From assembly GCA_035532475.1 (NCBI GenBank), contig DATKQY010000015.1, positions 6,229 through 30,228 of the forward strand: a stretch of 24,000 nucleotides of DNA, read 5' to 3'. Every line of letters begins with the position of its first letter. Position 1 is the stretch's first letter. Below the pieces are notes generated by a model. The model searched no databases and was not told where the DNA came from. It worked only from the letters and a program-made list of their open reading frames with translations. The stretch comes from Acidimicrobiales bacterium (GTDB lineage Bacteria > Actinomycetota > Acidimicrobiia > Acidimicrobiales > Bog-793). The translations under genes were made by a program, and so were the position numbers. Of the stretch, positions 14,043 through 21,960 are shown one piece after another.

Positions 14043-14393
14043 TCAGCGGTAGCGGGTGGCGAGCAGTGCCGAGGCGAGGATCGCGACCAGACCGCCGACG
14101 ACGTACCAGTTGGTCGGGCTCGCCGGCAGGACGTCGATGTAGTTGAGGATGATGCACAGGATCCCCACCAGCAGTAGCGCGAGCAGCATCCACGGGTACC
14201 AGCGCGGGCTGCGCCGCACCTCTTTCGGGATCGGCGCGGTGTAGCGGCCGGAGGTGCGCGAGGCCCGGGAGCCCTTCGCGCCGCGGCCCTTCGCCGCCCG
14301 CCCGCCGCGGGGCGGGCGCCCGGCGCGCCTCGCCTCCTCCCCGCTCGCGCGGGCCCGCTTGCCGCTGCCTGGTGCGCTCGTCCGCTCAGCCAC
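14043..14393 (-). CDS. crgA: Cell-division membrane protein CrgA
   Basis: The C-terminal half has two TM helices in the CrgA arrangement (RWYPWMLLALLLVGILCIILNYI...PTNWYVVGGLVAILASALLATRYR). The N-terminus is basic. Its position next to trpG-pknB-pbpA-pstP-fhaB-fhaA matches the conserved actinobacterial locus. The start is uncertain: I chose GTG 14393 because the full ORF (to 14495) would overlap the divergent trpG start. Confidence 0.75.
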   Translation of the reverse strand: MAERTSAPGSGKRARASGEEARRAGRPPRGGRAAKGRGAKGSRASRTSGRYTAPIPKEVRRSPRWYPWMLLALLLVGILCIILNYIDVLPASPTNWYVVGGLVAILASALLATRYR

Positions 14394-14466
14394 GGACCAC
14401 GAGGATAGTGACCGGCCGGCCCGGCGTCGGGCCGAGGGGCGGGGAGGGCCAGGTACCCTTAGGGGC

Positions 14467-15060
14467 GTGGCAACGAGGGTCGTCGTCGTCGACAACTACG
14501 ACAGCTTCGTCTACAACCTCGTCCAGTACCTCGGCGAGCTCGGGACCGAGCCCGTCGTGGTGCGCAACGACGAGGTCGACCTGGACGGCCTGAGGGCCCT
14601 CAGGCCCGACGCCGTGCTGATCTCGCCAGGGCCCGGGCGCCCCGAGCACGCCGGCATCTCGCGTGAGGTCGTGCGGAGCCTCGGCGGCGAGGGGCTGCCG
14701 GTGCTCGGGGTCTGCCTCGGCCACCAGTGCATCGGCGAGGTCTACGGCGGCGACGTCGTGCGCGCGCCGGAGCTCATGCACGGGAAGACCTCCATGGTCC
14801 GCCACGACGGCACCGGGGTGTTCGAGGGCCTGCCCGACCCCTTCGAGGCGACCCGCTACCACTCGCTCGTGGTCGACCCCGCCACCGTGCCGGCGTGCCT
14901 CGCGGTCAGCGCGTGGACCGACGACGGCACGGTCATGGGGCTGCGCCACCGGGAGCTGCCGGTCGAGGGCGTGCAGTTCCACCCGGAGTCGATCCTGACC
15001 AGGGTCGGCCACGAGCTGCTCGGGAACTTCCTGAGGACGGTCGGGGCGACGCAGCGCTGA
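14467..15060 (+). CDS. trpG: Glutamine amidotransferase, anthranilate / aminodeoxychorismate synthase component II
   Basis: GTG at 14467 gives 197 aa. VVVVDNYDSFVYNLVQYLGELG is followed by the catalytic GVCLGHQCIG and then GVQFHPESILT. Its position matches trpG (Rv0013-like) in the crgA-pknB locus. TrpG and PabA cannot be told apart from sequence alone. Confidence 0.85.
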   Translation: MATRVVVVDNYDSFVYNLVQYLGELGTEPVVVRNDEVDLDGLRALRPDAVLISPGPGRPEHAGISREVVRSLGGEGLPVLGVCLGHQCIGEVYGGDVVRAPELMHGKTSMVRHDGTGVFEGLPDPFEATRYHSLVVDPATVPACLAVSAWTDDGTVMGLRHRELPVEGVQFHPESILTRVGHELLGNFLRTVGATQR

Positions 15061-15094
15061 GGGCTGGCGCGAGCCGAGCCTTCCCGCAGGGCCT

Positions 15095-17086
15095 TCAGCT
15101 GTTGGGCGTCGTCGCCGCGGTGGAGCTCGTCGTCGACGAGGTCGAGCTGGAGGTCGTCGAGCTCGAGCTCGACGAGGTGGAGGATCCCGGCACGAGCGAG
15201 ATGTAGATCGTCCGTCCGGTCTTCACCAGCTTGCCGGCCTGGGGGGACTGGTTGCCGACGATGCCCGCCGCGTACACCGTCGAGGTGCTCGGCGGGCCGA
15301 GCTGGGCGTTCAGGCCCTTCGAGCTGAGCAGCTGCTCCGCCGCGCTCTGGGTGAGGCCCACGACGTTCGGCACGGCCACGCCGCCGCCCGACACGGTGAG
15401 CGTCACGCTCGTGCCCTGCGGGTGCTGGGTGCCGGGCGGGGGGTTGCTGGTGATGACCGAGCCGGAGGCGACGGTCCCGTTGGGCTCGGTGATGACGTTC
15501 GCCGCCACGTTCAGCCCCAGCTTGGTGAGGGCCGTGGCCACCTGCACCTCGGGCTCGCCGACGATCGAGGCCGGGATGGTCACGAGCTTCGTGCCCTTCA
15601 CGACGTCGAGCGTGATCGAGGCCCCCTTCGGCTTCGTCGCGTTCGGCGCGATGCTCTGGCCGATCACCTGCCCCTGCGTCTGCTGTGCGCTGGTGGCCTG
15701 CTGGTAATGGGCCGGAGCCACGGTGAAGCCGGCGCTCTGCAGCTGGCTCTTCGCCTCCTGGTAGGTGAGGCCGATGTTCGAGACGTTCGGGACCGTGGCG
15801 GTCGGCGCCGCGCCGTACACGGCGAGGGTCACCGTCTGGCCCTTCTGGACGCTCGACGGGTAGGCGGGGCTCTGGCTCTGCACGGTGCCGGACTTGGCGC
15901 TGCCGCTGTTCGCGGCCTGCGTGACGGTCCACTTCAGCCCGCTGGCGTGCAGCTTCGCCTCGGCCGCGGTCTGGGTCTGGCCGGTGACGTCGGGGACCTT
16001 GAAGTACGACTTCCCGCCGAAGTAGCCGAGTGAGCGGCCGCCGAAGAACACCACGAGGGCGAGGGCGGCGAGCAGCACGACACCGCCGAGCGCCCACCAC
16101 GCCGTGGTGCGCTTCGGCATGGCGTCGCGGCCCGGGTCGATCGCCCCGACCACCGAGGTGTCCGGCGTCTGGGGGATCGCCGTGGTCGCCGTCATCGCGC
16201 TCGTGAGCGCGCCCGTGACCGCGCCCGAGTCGGTCGGAGGCCGCGCCATGACGGTCTGGCCGCGGACGAAGCGGTCGAGGTCGGCCTTGAAGTCCTCCGC
16301 CGTCGGGTAGCGCTCCGCCGGCAGCTTCGCCATCGCCTGGAGGATGATCGCCTCGAGCGACGTCGGGATCGCCGGGTTCAGGCTGCGCGGCGTCGGCGGG
16401 TGCTCCCGGACGTGCTGGTAGGCGATCGCGACGGGAGTCTCGCCGGTGAAGGGCGGCCGGCCGGTGACCATCTCGTAGAGGACCACGCCGAGCGCGTAGA
16501 CGTCGCTCCGCCCGTCGACGCCGAGCCCCTGGGCCTGCTCGGGGGAGAAGTACGTCGCCGTGCCCATGACGAGGCCCGTCTGGGTGACCTGCTCGTCCGC
16601 GCCCATCGCGCGGGCGATGCCGAAGTCGGTCACCTTGACCTGGCCGTCGGCGGTGATGAGGACGTTGCCGGGCTTCACGTCGCGATGGACGACGCCGTGG
16701 CGGTGCGCGTAGGAGAGCGCCTTGGCGATGTCCGCCGCGATCTGGGCCGCCTGCGCCGGGTCGAGCGGGGCCTGGGTGCGGATGATCGACGAGAGCGGCT
16801 CACCGTCGACGTACTCCATCACGATGAAGTGCGTCCGGTCCGCCTCGCCCCAGTCGAACACCGGGACGATGTTCGGGTGCGACAGGTTGGCTGCGGCCTG
16901 GGCCTCCCGGCGGAAGCGCTCCACGAAGGAGTGGTCGGCCGACAGCTCCGGGAACAGCACTTTCAGCGCTACCGGGCGGTCGAGCAGCAGGTCCCGTGCG
17001 AGGTAGACCTGCGCAGTGCCGCCGCGCGCGATCTGGTTCCTCAGCTCGTAGCGCCCGTTGTAGACAGGCGGCTGGGTCGAGGTCAT
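15095..17086 (-). CDS. pknB: Transmembrane Ser/Thr protein kinase with PASTA repeats (PknB-like)
   Basis: 663 aa. Hanks kinase domain: glycine loop IARGGTAQVY, VALKVL lysine, HRDVKPGN, DFGIAR, and an activation loop with TQTG...GTATYFSPEQ. A single TM helix (WWALGGVVLLAALALVVFFGG) follows. About four PASTA-like repeats come next (e.g. VPDVTGQTQTAAEAKLHASGL, VPNVVGLTQSAAEQLLSSKGL). The C-terminal tail is poly-Ser/Thr. Confidence 0.95.
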   Translation of the reverse strand: MTSTQPPVYNGRYELRNQIARGGTAQVYLARDLLLDRPVALKVLFPELSADHSFVERFRREAQAAANLSHPNIVPVFDWGEADRTHFIVMEYVDGEPLSSIIRTQAPLDPAQAAQIAADIAKALSYAHRHGVVHRDVKPGNVLITADGQVKVTDFGIARAMGADEQVTQTGLVMGTATYFSPEQAQGLGVDGRSDVYALGVVLYEMVTGRPPFTGETPVAIAYQHVREHPPTPRSLNPAIPTSLEAIILQAMAKLPAERYPTAEDFKADLDRFVRGQTVMARPPTDSGAVTGALTSAMTATTAIPQTPDTSVVGAIDPGRDAMPKRTTAWWALGGVVLLAALALVVFFGGRSLGYFGGKSYFKVPDVTGQTQTAAEAKLHASGLKWTVTQAANSGSAKSGTVQSQSPAYPSSVQKGQTVTLAVYGAAPTATVPNVSNIGLTYQEAKSQLQSAGFTVAPAHYQQATSAQQTQGQVIGQSIAPNATKPKGASITLDVVKGTKLVTIPASIVGEPEVQVATALTKLGLNVAANVITEPNGTVASGSVITSNPPPGTQHPQGTSVTLTVSGGGVAVPNVVGLTQSAAEQLLSSKGLNAQLGPPSTSTVYAAGIVGNQSPQAGKLVKTGRTIYISLVPGSSTSSSSSSTTSSSTSSTTSSTAATTPNS

Positions 17087-17153
17087 GTGCCGGAGAGCCT
17101 ATTCAAGACGGCCGGGGTCCACGGGCTTTGGTCCGGTCCAGCAGTTGCGTGCG

Positions 17154-18641
17154 TCATCCGCCGTAGCCCAGTGCAGCCTCGAGCACCTGCCTCACGACCG
17201 GTCCTGCGGCCTCCGCGCCGGTCTCGCTGCACGAGAGGCCGGGCTGGTACGGAACGTAGGCCGCGACCGCGACCTTCGGCGTCTGTCCGTTGCCGGCCGG
17301 CGCGGTCGCGACGAACCAGTTCGCCGAGCAGCCGGTGCTCCCCGTCTCCGCCGTGCCCGTCTTGGCGGCGACGCCGAGGGCTGGGGGGAATCCGACCCCG
17401 GTTGCCGTGCCGCCCGTCACGACGCCGCGCATCAGGAGGCGCACCTCGTTGGCGGTCGAGGCCGAGGTGGCCTGCAGCCAGGCGTGTGGCTTGAAGGTCT
17501 TCACGATGTTCCCCTGGTCGTCGATGACGTGGGCAAGCAGGTGCGGCGCCATGATCGTGCCGCCGTTGCCGATCGCCGCGGCGACCAGGGCGTCTTGGAG
17601 CGGGGTCTCCTTCACGTCGAACTGCCCGATCGCCGAGTAGGCGACGAACGGCGGGGCGCCGAGGAGCTGGCTGAGCGGCGGGAACTGCGACGCCTCGACG
17701 TTCGGCAGGTCGAGCGGGGGCACCTGGTTCAGGCCGAACGCGTGCGCCTCCGTGGCGAGGTGCCGGGCGCCGAGCGCGATCCCGATCTGCGCGTACGCGG
17801 TGTCGCAGGAGATCGCGAGCGCGGTGGCGATGTTGCCTCCGCAGACCTCGCTCGCGTAGTTGTGCAGCAGCGAGGTCGTCTGGGGGAGCGAGATGAAAGG
17901 CCGAGGAGGCCAGACCTTGAGCGCCACCGAGGGCTTGTGGTCGAACACGGCGGAGGTCGTGATGATCTTGAACGTCGAGCCGGGCGCGCTCGGGCTCTCG
18001 GTGACGAGGTTCACGAGCGGAGAGGTGCCGCTCGTCGGGTTGAGCGCCTTCAGCGCGGCGCGGACGACCGAGGGCTTCGGCGAGGAGAGCAGGTTCGGGT
18101 CGTAGCTCGGCTTGGAGTACATCGCGAGGAGGTTGCCGGTCTGGGGATCGATCGCGACCACCGCCCCTCGCGAGTACGCGGCCAGCGCCTGCTGGGCGAC
18201 GATCTGGAGCTTGCGCGAGACGGTGATGGTGATCGAGTCGGTGCCCTGGTGCTGGGTGAGCAGCCCGTTCAGACCGGGGGTGGAGATCTGGTGCTCGGTC
18301 AGGGGCTGGCCCGGGGTCCCTCCGTACTCGTCCTCCAGCCCGTAGAGGCCTGACTCGTCCACGATGTCCCAGTACCCCGTGATGCCGGCGAACAGCTGGC
18401 CCTGGGGGTAGACGCGCATGTAGCCGTTGGCGGTCTTCACCGACTTGGCGAGGACGTAGCCGTCGGAGCTGATGATCTCGCCGCGGTACTGCCGGTAGAA
18501 GCTCACGCCGGCGGCGGACGGCGTGAGCGGCGAGTGCTGGAGCGCCGAGGCCTGGCGGACCTGCAGGTTGTTCAGCTGGAGGAAGAGCAGCACGAAACAG
18601 GCGACCAGGAACAGGGCGAGGATGCGGATCCGTTTGTCCAT
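17154..18641 (-). CDS. pbpA: Class B penicillin-binding protein (PbpA-like transpeptidase)
   Basis: 495 aa. N-terminal membrane anchor (ILALFLVACFVLLFLQL). Transpeptidase motifs STFK (SxxK) and KTGTA (KTG) are present. Its position directly upstream of pknB matches the conserved cluster. Confidence 0.9.
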   Translation of the reverse strand: MDKRIRILALFLVACFVLLFLQLNNLQVRQASALQHSPLTPSAAGVSFYRQYRGEIISSDGYVLAKSVKTANGYMRVYPQGQLFAGITGYWDIVDESGLYGLEDEYGGTPGQPLTEHQISTPGLNGLLTQHQGTDSITITVSRKLQIVAQQALAAYSRGAVVAIDPQTGNLLAMYSKPSYDPNLLSSPKPSVVRAALKALNPTSGTSPLVNLVTESPSAPGSTFKIITTSAVFDHKPSVALKVWPPRPFISLPQTTSLLHNYASEVCGGNIATALAISCDTAYAQIGIALGARHLATEAHAFGLNQVPPLDLPNVEASQFPPLSQLLGAPPFVAYSAIGQFDVKETPLQDALVAAAIGNGGTIMAPHLLAHVIDDQGNIVKTFKPHAWLQATSASTANEVRLLMRGVVTGGTATGVGFPPALGVAAKTGTAETGSTGCSANWFVATAPAGNGQTPKVAVAAYVPYQPGLSCSETGAEAAGPVVRQVLEAALGYGG

Positions 18642-18642
18642 C

Positions 18643-20298
18643 TCAGCCGGTGCCTCCGGCGCCCGCTGCGGCGGTGGAGACGGTCGTCGGCACGGTCGTC
18701 GTCGTTGTCGTGGCGATCGTGGTCACGGCGGCTGCGGTCGCGCTCTCCGGCCCGGTCGGACGTCGGGTGGCCCGGCGCGTGGAGGTCGTCGCCCCGAGGG
18801 TCGTCGAGGTTGGGGTGGTGGTCGTCGTCGTGGACACGGTCGTGGTCGGCAGGGCGAAGGTGGTGGTCGTGGTGTTGGCGGCAGCCGTCGTGTCGGCGGT
18901 CGGCAGCGCCAAGAAGGCGTTGGCGTTCGTGAGGTTGCTCACGACGTGCTTCGCGGCGTCGTAGGAGGCCTCGACCATACCGGCCTGGATGAGCGGAACG
19001 TAGGGCGGGAACACCTGCGTCCTGGTGAGGGAGGTCCGCTCGACGATGGTCGGCTCGAACCAGAGGTAGCCGCCGGGTCGGCCCTGGTAGATCACGACCT
19101 GGTCACCGGAGAAGCCGACGAAGAACGTGGCGCGCACGTACCAGCCCACGAAGCCCGCGATGCCGCCGAGGACCCCGACGAAGACCAGGACGAACAAGAC
19201 CGACCACGGCGTGACGATCCGGTCGCCGTGCGTCCGCTCCCGTGAGCGACGACGACCCGGGTCGAGGACCAGGAGCGATTGCGGGCGCGAGCTGCGCGGG
19301 ACCTGGCCGGTGTCGGGAGGCCGAGGACGGTCGTGGCCGGTCGACACCGGTGCGCCGGCCGCCCTGGCACGTCGCGCAGCGCCGCCGCTCGCGGGCGCCA
19401 GGGCGCTGAGCGCTCCCGCGGCCGCGGCGGCCCCGGCAGCGTCTCGGACGGTCGTGGTGGACGTCGTCGTCGGCGGTGCTTCGGCAACGGCACGCGGGCC
19501 GCGCGCCTCCCCGGGTGCCGCTCCGGGCGCGTCGGCTTCGGCCGCCGCCGCAGGCGCGGTGGCAGCGGCCGCGGGTGGCGCGTCGACCACGTCGGCGACG
19601 ACGACGGTGACGTTGTCGCTGCCGCCGTGGTCGAGCGCCTGCTGGACGAGTGCCTGGGCGGCCTCGGAGGGGTCCTCGTACTCGGTCAGGATGAGCGCGA
19701 TCTCGTCGTCGCCGCACTCGTTCGTCAGCCCGTCGCTGCAAAGGAGCAGACGCGCACCGAGCTGGAGGTCGAGGAGCCACGAGTCGATCTCCACCCCGGG
19801 ATCGATGCCGAGCGCGCGGGTGAGGATGTGCCGGTGGGGGTGGACCGCGGCCTCGTCGGGTGACAGCTCGCCGTGGCGGACCATCTCCTCGACGAGGCTG
19901 TGGTCCTCGGTGAGGCGGCTGAGCCGGCCCCCGTTCAGCAGGTAGGCGCGCGAGTCGCCGACGTTCACGACGGCGAGACGCTCTCCGTCGCGCCCCGACA
20001 CCACCGCCGCAGCGGTGAGCGTCGTCCCCATACCGCGCAGCTCGCGTTCGCGCTCGCTGCGGTCGAAGATCTCCCTGTTCGCCCGATCGGCCGCCGACCG
20101 GAGCCCGCCGGCGCTGTGGTCACGCTCGAAGGCCTCCTGGAGGACGCGCACCGCGGTCCGGGCGGCCACCTCGCCACCGGCGTGGCCGCCCATGCCGTCA
20201 GCGACGGCGACGAGGTCCCCGGCGACGAGGGCCAGGTCCTGGTTCGAGGTGCGAACGCGCCCCGCGTCGGTCGCGGATGAGGCGCGCAGCGCCGTCAC
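18643..20298 (-). CDS. pstP: Membrane-anchored PP2C Ser/Thr phosphatase (PstP-like)
   Basis: PP2C motifs are present: ATDAGRVRTSNQDL, VADGMGGHAGGEVA, LLCSDGL, GGSDNVTVVV. A Pro/Ala linker follows, then one TM helix (VLFVLVFVGVLGGIAGFVGWYV), then an extracytoplasmic domain with a Thr-rich tail. I chose the GTG at 20298, which has GCGGGGGG upstream and aligns with the usual M-T-L-x-L-R N-terminus. The ORF track starts at GTG 20355, which would overlap fhaB by 29 nt. Confidence 0.9.
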   Translation of the reverse strand: MTALRASSATDAGRVRTSNQDLALVAGDLVAVADGMGGHAGGEVAARTAVRVLQEAFERDHSAGGLRSAADRANREIFDRSERERELRGMGTTLTAAAVVSGRDGERLAVVNVGDSRAYLLNGGRLSRLTEDHSLVEEMVRHGELSPDEAAVHPHRHILTRALGIDPGVEIDSWLLDLQLGARLLLCSDGLTNECGDDEIALILTEYEDPSEAAQALVQQALDHGGSDNVTVVVADVVDAPPAAAATAPAAAAEADAPGAAPGEARGPRAVAEAPPTTTSTTTVRDAAGAAAAAGALSALAPASGGAARRARAAGAPVSTGHDRPRPPDTGQVPRSSRPQSLLVLDPGRRRSRERTHGDRIVTPWSVLFVLVFVGVLGGIAGFVGWYVRATFFVGFSGDQVVIYQGRPGGYLWFEPTIVERTSLTRTQVFPPYVPLIQAGMVEASYDAAKHVVSNLTNANAFLALPTADTTAAANTTTTTFALPTTTVSTTTTTTPTSTTLGATTSTRRATRRPTGPESATAAAVTTIATTTTTTVPTTVSTAAAGAGGTG

Positions 20299-20326
20299 GA
20301 CGCCCCCCGCACCGGCGCGGGGACGG

Positions 20327-20797
20327 TCACCTCGCCACCTCGAGGACCGTGGCACCGACCTTGACCCGGTCTCCGCGCTGGAGCCGGGTCGGGGACGCCA
20401 GGCGCTCCTCGTTCAGGTAGGTGCCGTTCGTCGAGCCGAGATCCTCGACCCACAGCTCGCCGTTGCGGCGGAAGACCCGGGCGTGGACCGACGAGGCGAA
20501 CGAGTCGCCCTCCAGGTAGACGGCGCAGCCCGGCGAGCGCCCAACGGTCACCTCGTCGCGCAGGTCGTAGGTGCGTCCGCGGCGCTCCGGCGGCTCCACC
20601 ACCCGCAAGCGGAGCGCGACCTTGCGGTCGGTGGCGCGGTCCGGCAGCGCCGGCGTCGCGGCGTCCGGGCTCGTCGTCGCCCGCTCCGCTCTGCTCCGGC
20701 GCACCTCCACCAGCACCATCCGCGCTGCGTAGAGGAAGAACAGCCAGATCAGCGCAAGCAGGAAGAAGCGAAGGATGTCGAGCAGTCCGTGGGACAT
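20327..20797 (-). CDS. fhaB: FHA-domain membrane protein FhaB/FipA-like
   Basis: 156 aa. N-terminal TM helix (LLDILRFFLLALIWLFFLYAA) and a C-terminal FHA domain (VTVGRSPGCAVYLEGDSFASSVHARVFRRNGELWVEDLGSTNGTYLN). It sits between fhaA and pstP. Confidence 0.85.
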   Translation of the reverse strand: MSHGLLDILRFFLLALIWLFFLYAARMVLVEVRRSRAERATTSPDAATPALPDRATDRKVALRLRVVEPPERRGRTYDLRDEVTVGRSPGCAVYLEGDSFASSVHARVFRRNGELWVEDLGSTNGTYLNEERLASPTRLQRGDRVKVGATVLEVAR

Positions 20798-20815
20798 GGG
20801 TGGGCGGCGCTCGGT

Positions 20816-21469
20816 TCAACCGGTCTCGAACCGGAGCGAGCTGACACCGATGGTGACGACGTCGCCGTCCGCGAGCCGCTGCTGGCGCGCGACCACGCCG
20901 TTCACCTTGGTGCCGTTCGTCGAGCCCAGGTCGACGACGTAGACCGCATCACCCTGGCGCCTCAGCTGGGCGTGCCGGCGTGACACGTTCGGGTCCGAGA
21001 GCTGGATGCCGCACTCGGGGAGACGGCCGATCGTCACGGCCTCGTCCATGATGCCGATTCGCTGACCGTCGGGCAGGACGATCCACGCGCTCGGCGTCTC
21101 CTCTCCTTCGAGCACGTCGCCCGTGATGGCGAAGGTGCTCTTCGTCAGCTCGTCGTTCCAGCCGATCTCGACCTCGATCGGTCCGAGGAACACGTAGTCC
21201 TCGTTCCTGCCGTGTTCCTTCGCAGCCTCGATGAGCTCTTGGGAGAGCACGTCGACGAAGCCGCCGAAGCGCTCGTAGTCTTCGCGTGACAGCACCACCT
21301 CGAACGAGTTCGGGACGATGAGCCCGCGCGCCGACACCGCACGATGTAGGTCCATCTCGCGCGTCAGTCGTCGACCGAGCTCGATCGGCTGGAGCTCGCC
21401 ACGGAAGGCCTTGGCGAACGCACCCTCGACCAGACGCTCGAGCCGTTGCTCGAACTGCTGGAGTCCCAT
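20816..21469 (-). CDS. fhaA: FHA-domain protein FhaA-like (short form)
   Basis: 217 aa. The N-terminal FhaA-type domain (MGLQQFEQRLERLVEGAFAKAFRGELQPIELGRRL) is joined almost directly to a C-terminal FHA domain (VTIGRLPECGIQLSDPNVSRRHAQLRRQGDAVYVVDLGSTNGTKVNG). It is the first gene of the cluster, divergent from tRNA-Leu. Confidence 0.85.
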   Translation of the reverse strand: MGLQQFEQRLERLVEGAFAKAFRGELQPIELGRRLTREMDLHRAVSARGLIVPNSFEVVLSREDYERFGGFVDVLSQELIEAAKEHGRNEDYVFLGPIEVEIGWNDELTKSTFAITGDVLEGEETPSAWIVLPDGQRIGIMDEAVTIGRLPECGIQLSDPNVSRRHAQLRRQGDAVYVVDLGSTNGTKVNGVVARQQRLADGDVVTIGVSSLRFETG

Positions 21470-21536
21470 GGCGTCATCAGACTACCTGGGCGGATGGTAC
21501 AGAGGTCGACGTCGGCTAACGTGACGGAGCTGTCGC

Positions 21537-21620
<84 letters not shown>

Positions 21621-21750
21621 CCCGGGGTCGCTCGCGTAACCCACCCGGGAGATTCACAAAACTCCTTGGTAGGGGCGCGTGCCACCGGATTTGTGCTCGT
21701 TCGTGCCCCCGGAAGGTCGTCGCCAGGTCACGAAGGTCCCGAACGGGGCA

Positions 21751-21960
21751 CGCGGGCCTCGGAAGCAGTCGAACGCGCCCCCGTGGGGGCGCGTTCGACT
21801 AGCGAACAGGGTGGGTTGTCGAGGGGAGGCGCCCCCCGTCACCGCGAGCGGGATGCGCGGGCCTTGAAGGCGTCGGACGCGCCCGCGTCGGGCGCGTCCG
21901 ACCAGCGAACAAGGTGACGTTTCGCGGGGTGGGGCGCGCCCGTCAGGTGCGATTGGGCAC
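21751..21960. repeat. Two tandem copies (~103-105 bp period) of a unit containing a long perfect palindrome plus a conserved AGCGAACA(G/A)GGTG tail
   Basis: Unit 1 begins CGCGGGCCTCGGAAGCA. Its palindrome is GTCGAACGCGCCCCC/GGGGGCGCGTTCGAC (21768-21799), followed by TAGCGAACAGGGTG. Unit 2 begins CGCGGGCCTTGAAGGC. Its palindrome is GTCGGACGCGCCC-GCGTC-GGGCGCGTCCGAC (21872-21902), followed by CAGCGAACAAGGTG. The first ~65 nt of the units align closely; the remainder is more diverged. Confidence 0.8.

Noticed and set aside
18650-18964. A 104-aa poly-Val/Ala ORF on the plus strand.
   Set aside because: It is the reverse-complement shadow of the Thr-rich (ACC/ACG) tail of pstP and has no independent support.
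20299-20355. The upstream GTG (20355) as the pstP start, giving a 29-nt overlap with fhaB.
   Set aside because: The extra 19 residues (PRSSRWRGDRPRAGAGG..) are not part of the PP2C fold. The GTG at 20298 reproduces the usual N-terminus and has a G-rich RBS-like run upstream. The upstream start is not excluded, so the uncertainty is noted in the feature.
21768-21902. The two palindromic repeats interpreted as a CRISPR array or as integron attC sites.
   Set aside because: There are only two copies, they are themselves part of a larger tandem duplication rather than separated by unique spacers, and no cas genes are present. The arm ends (GTCGAAC / GTTCGAC) only loosely resemble attC R''/R' cores, and no integron integrase or cassette ORFs are nearby.
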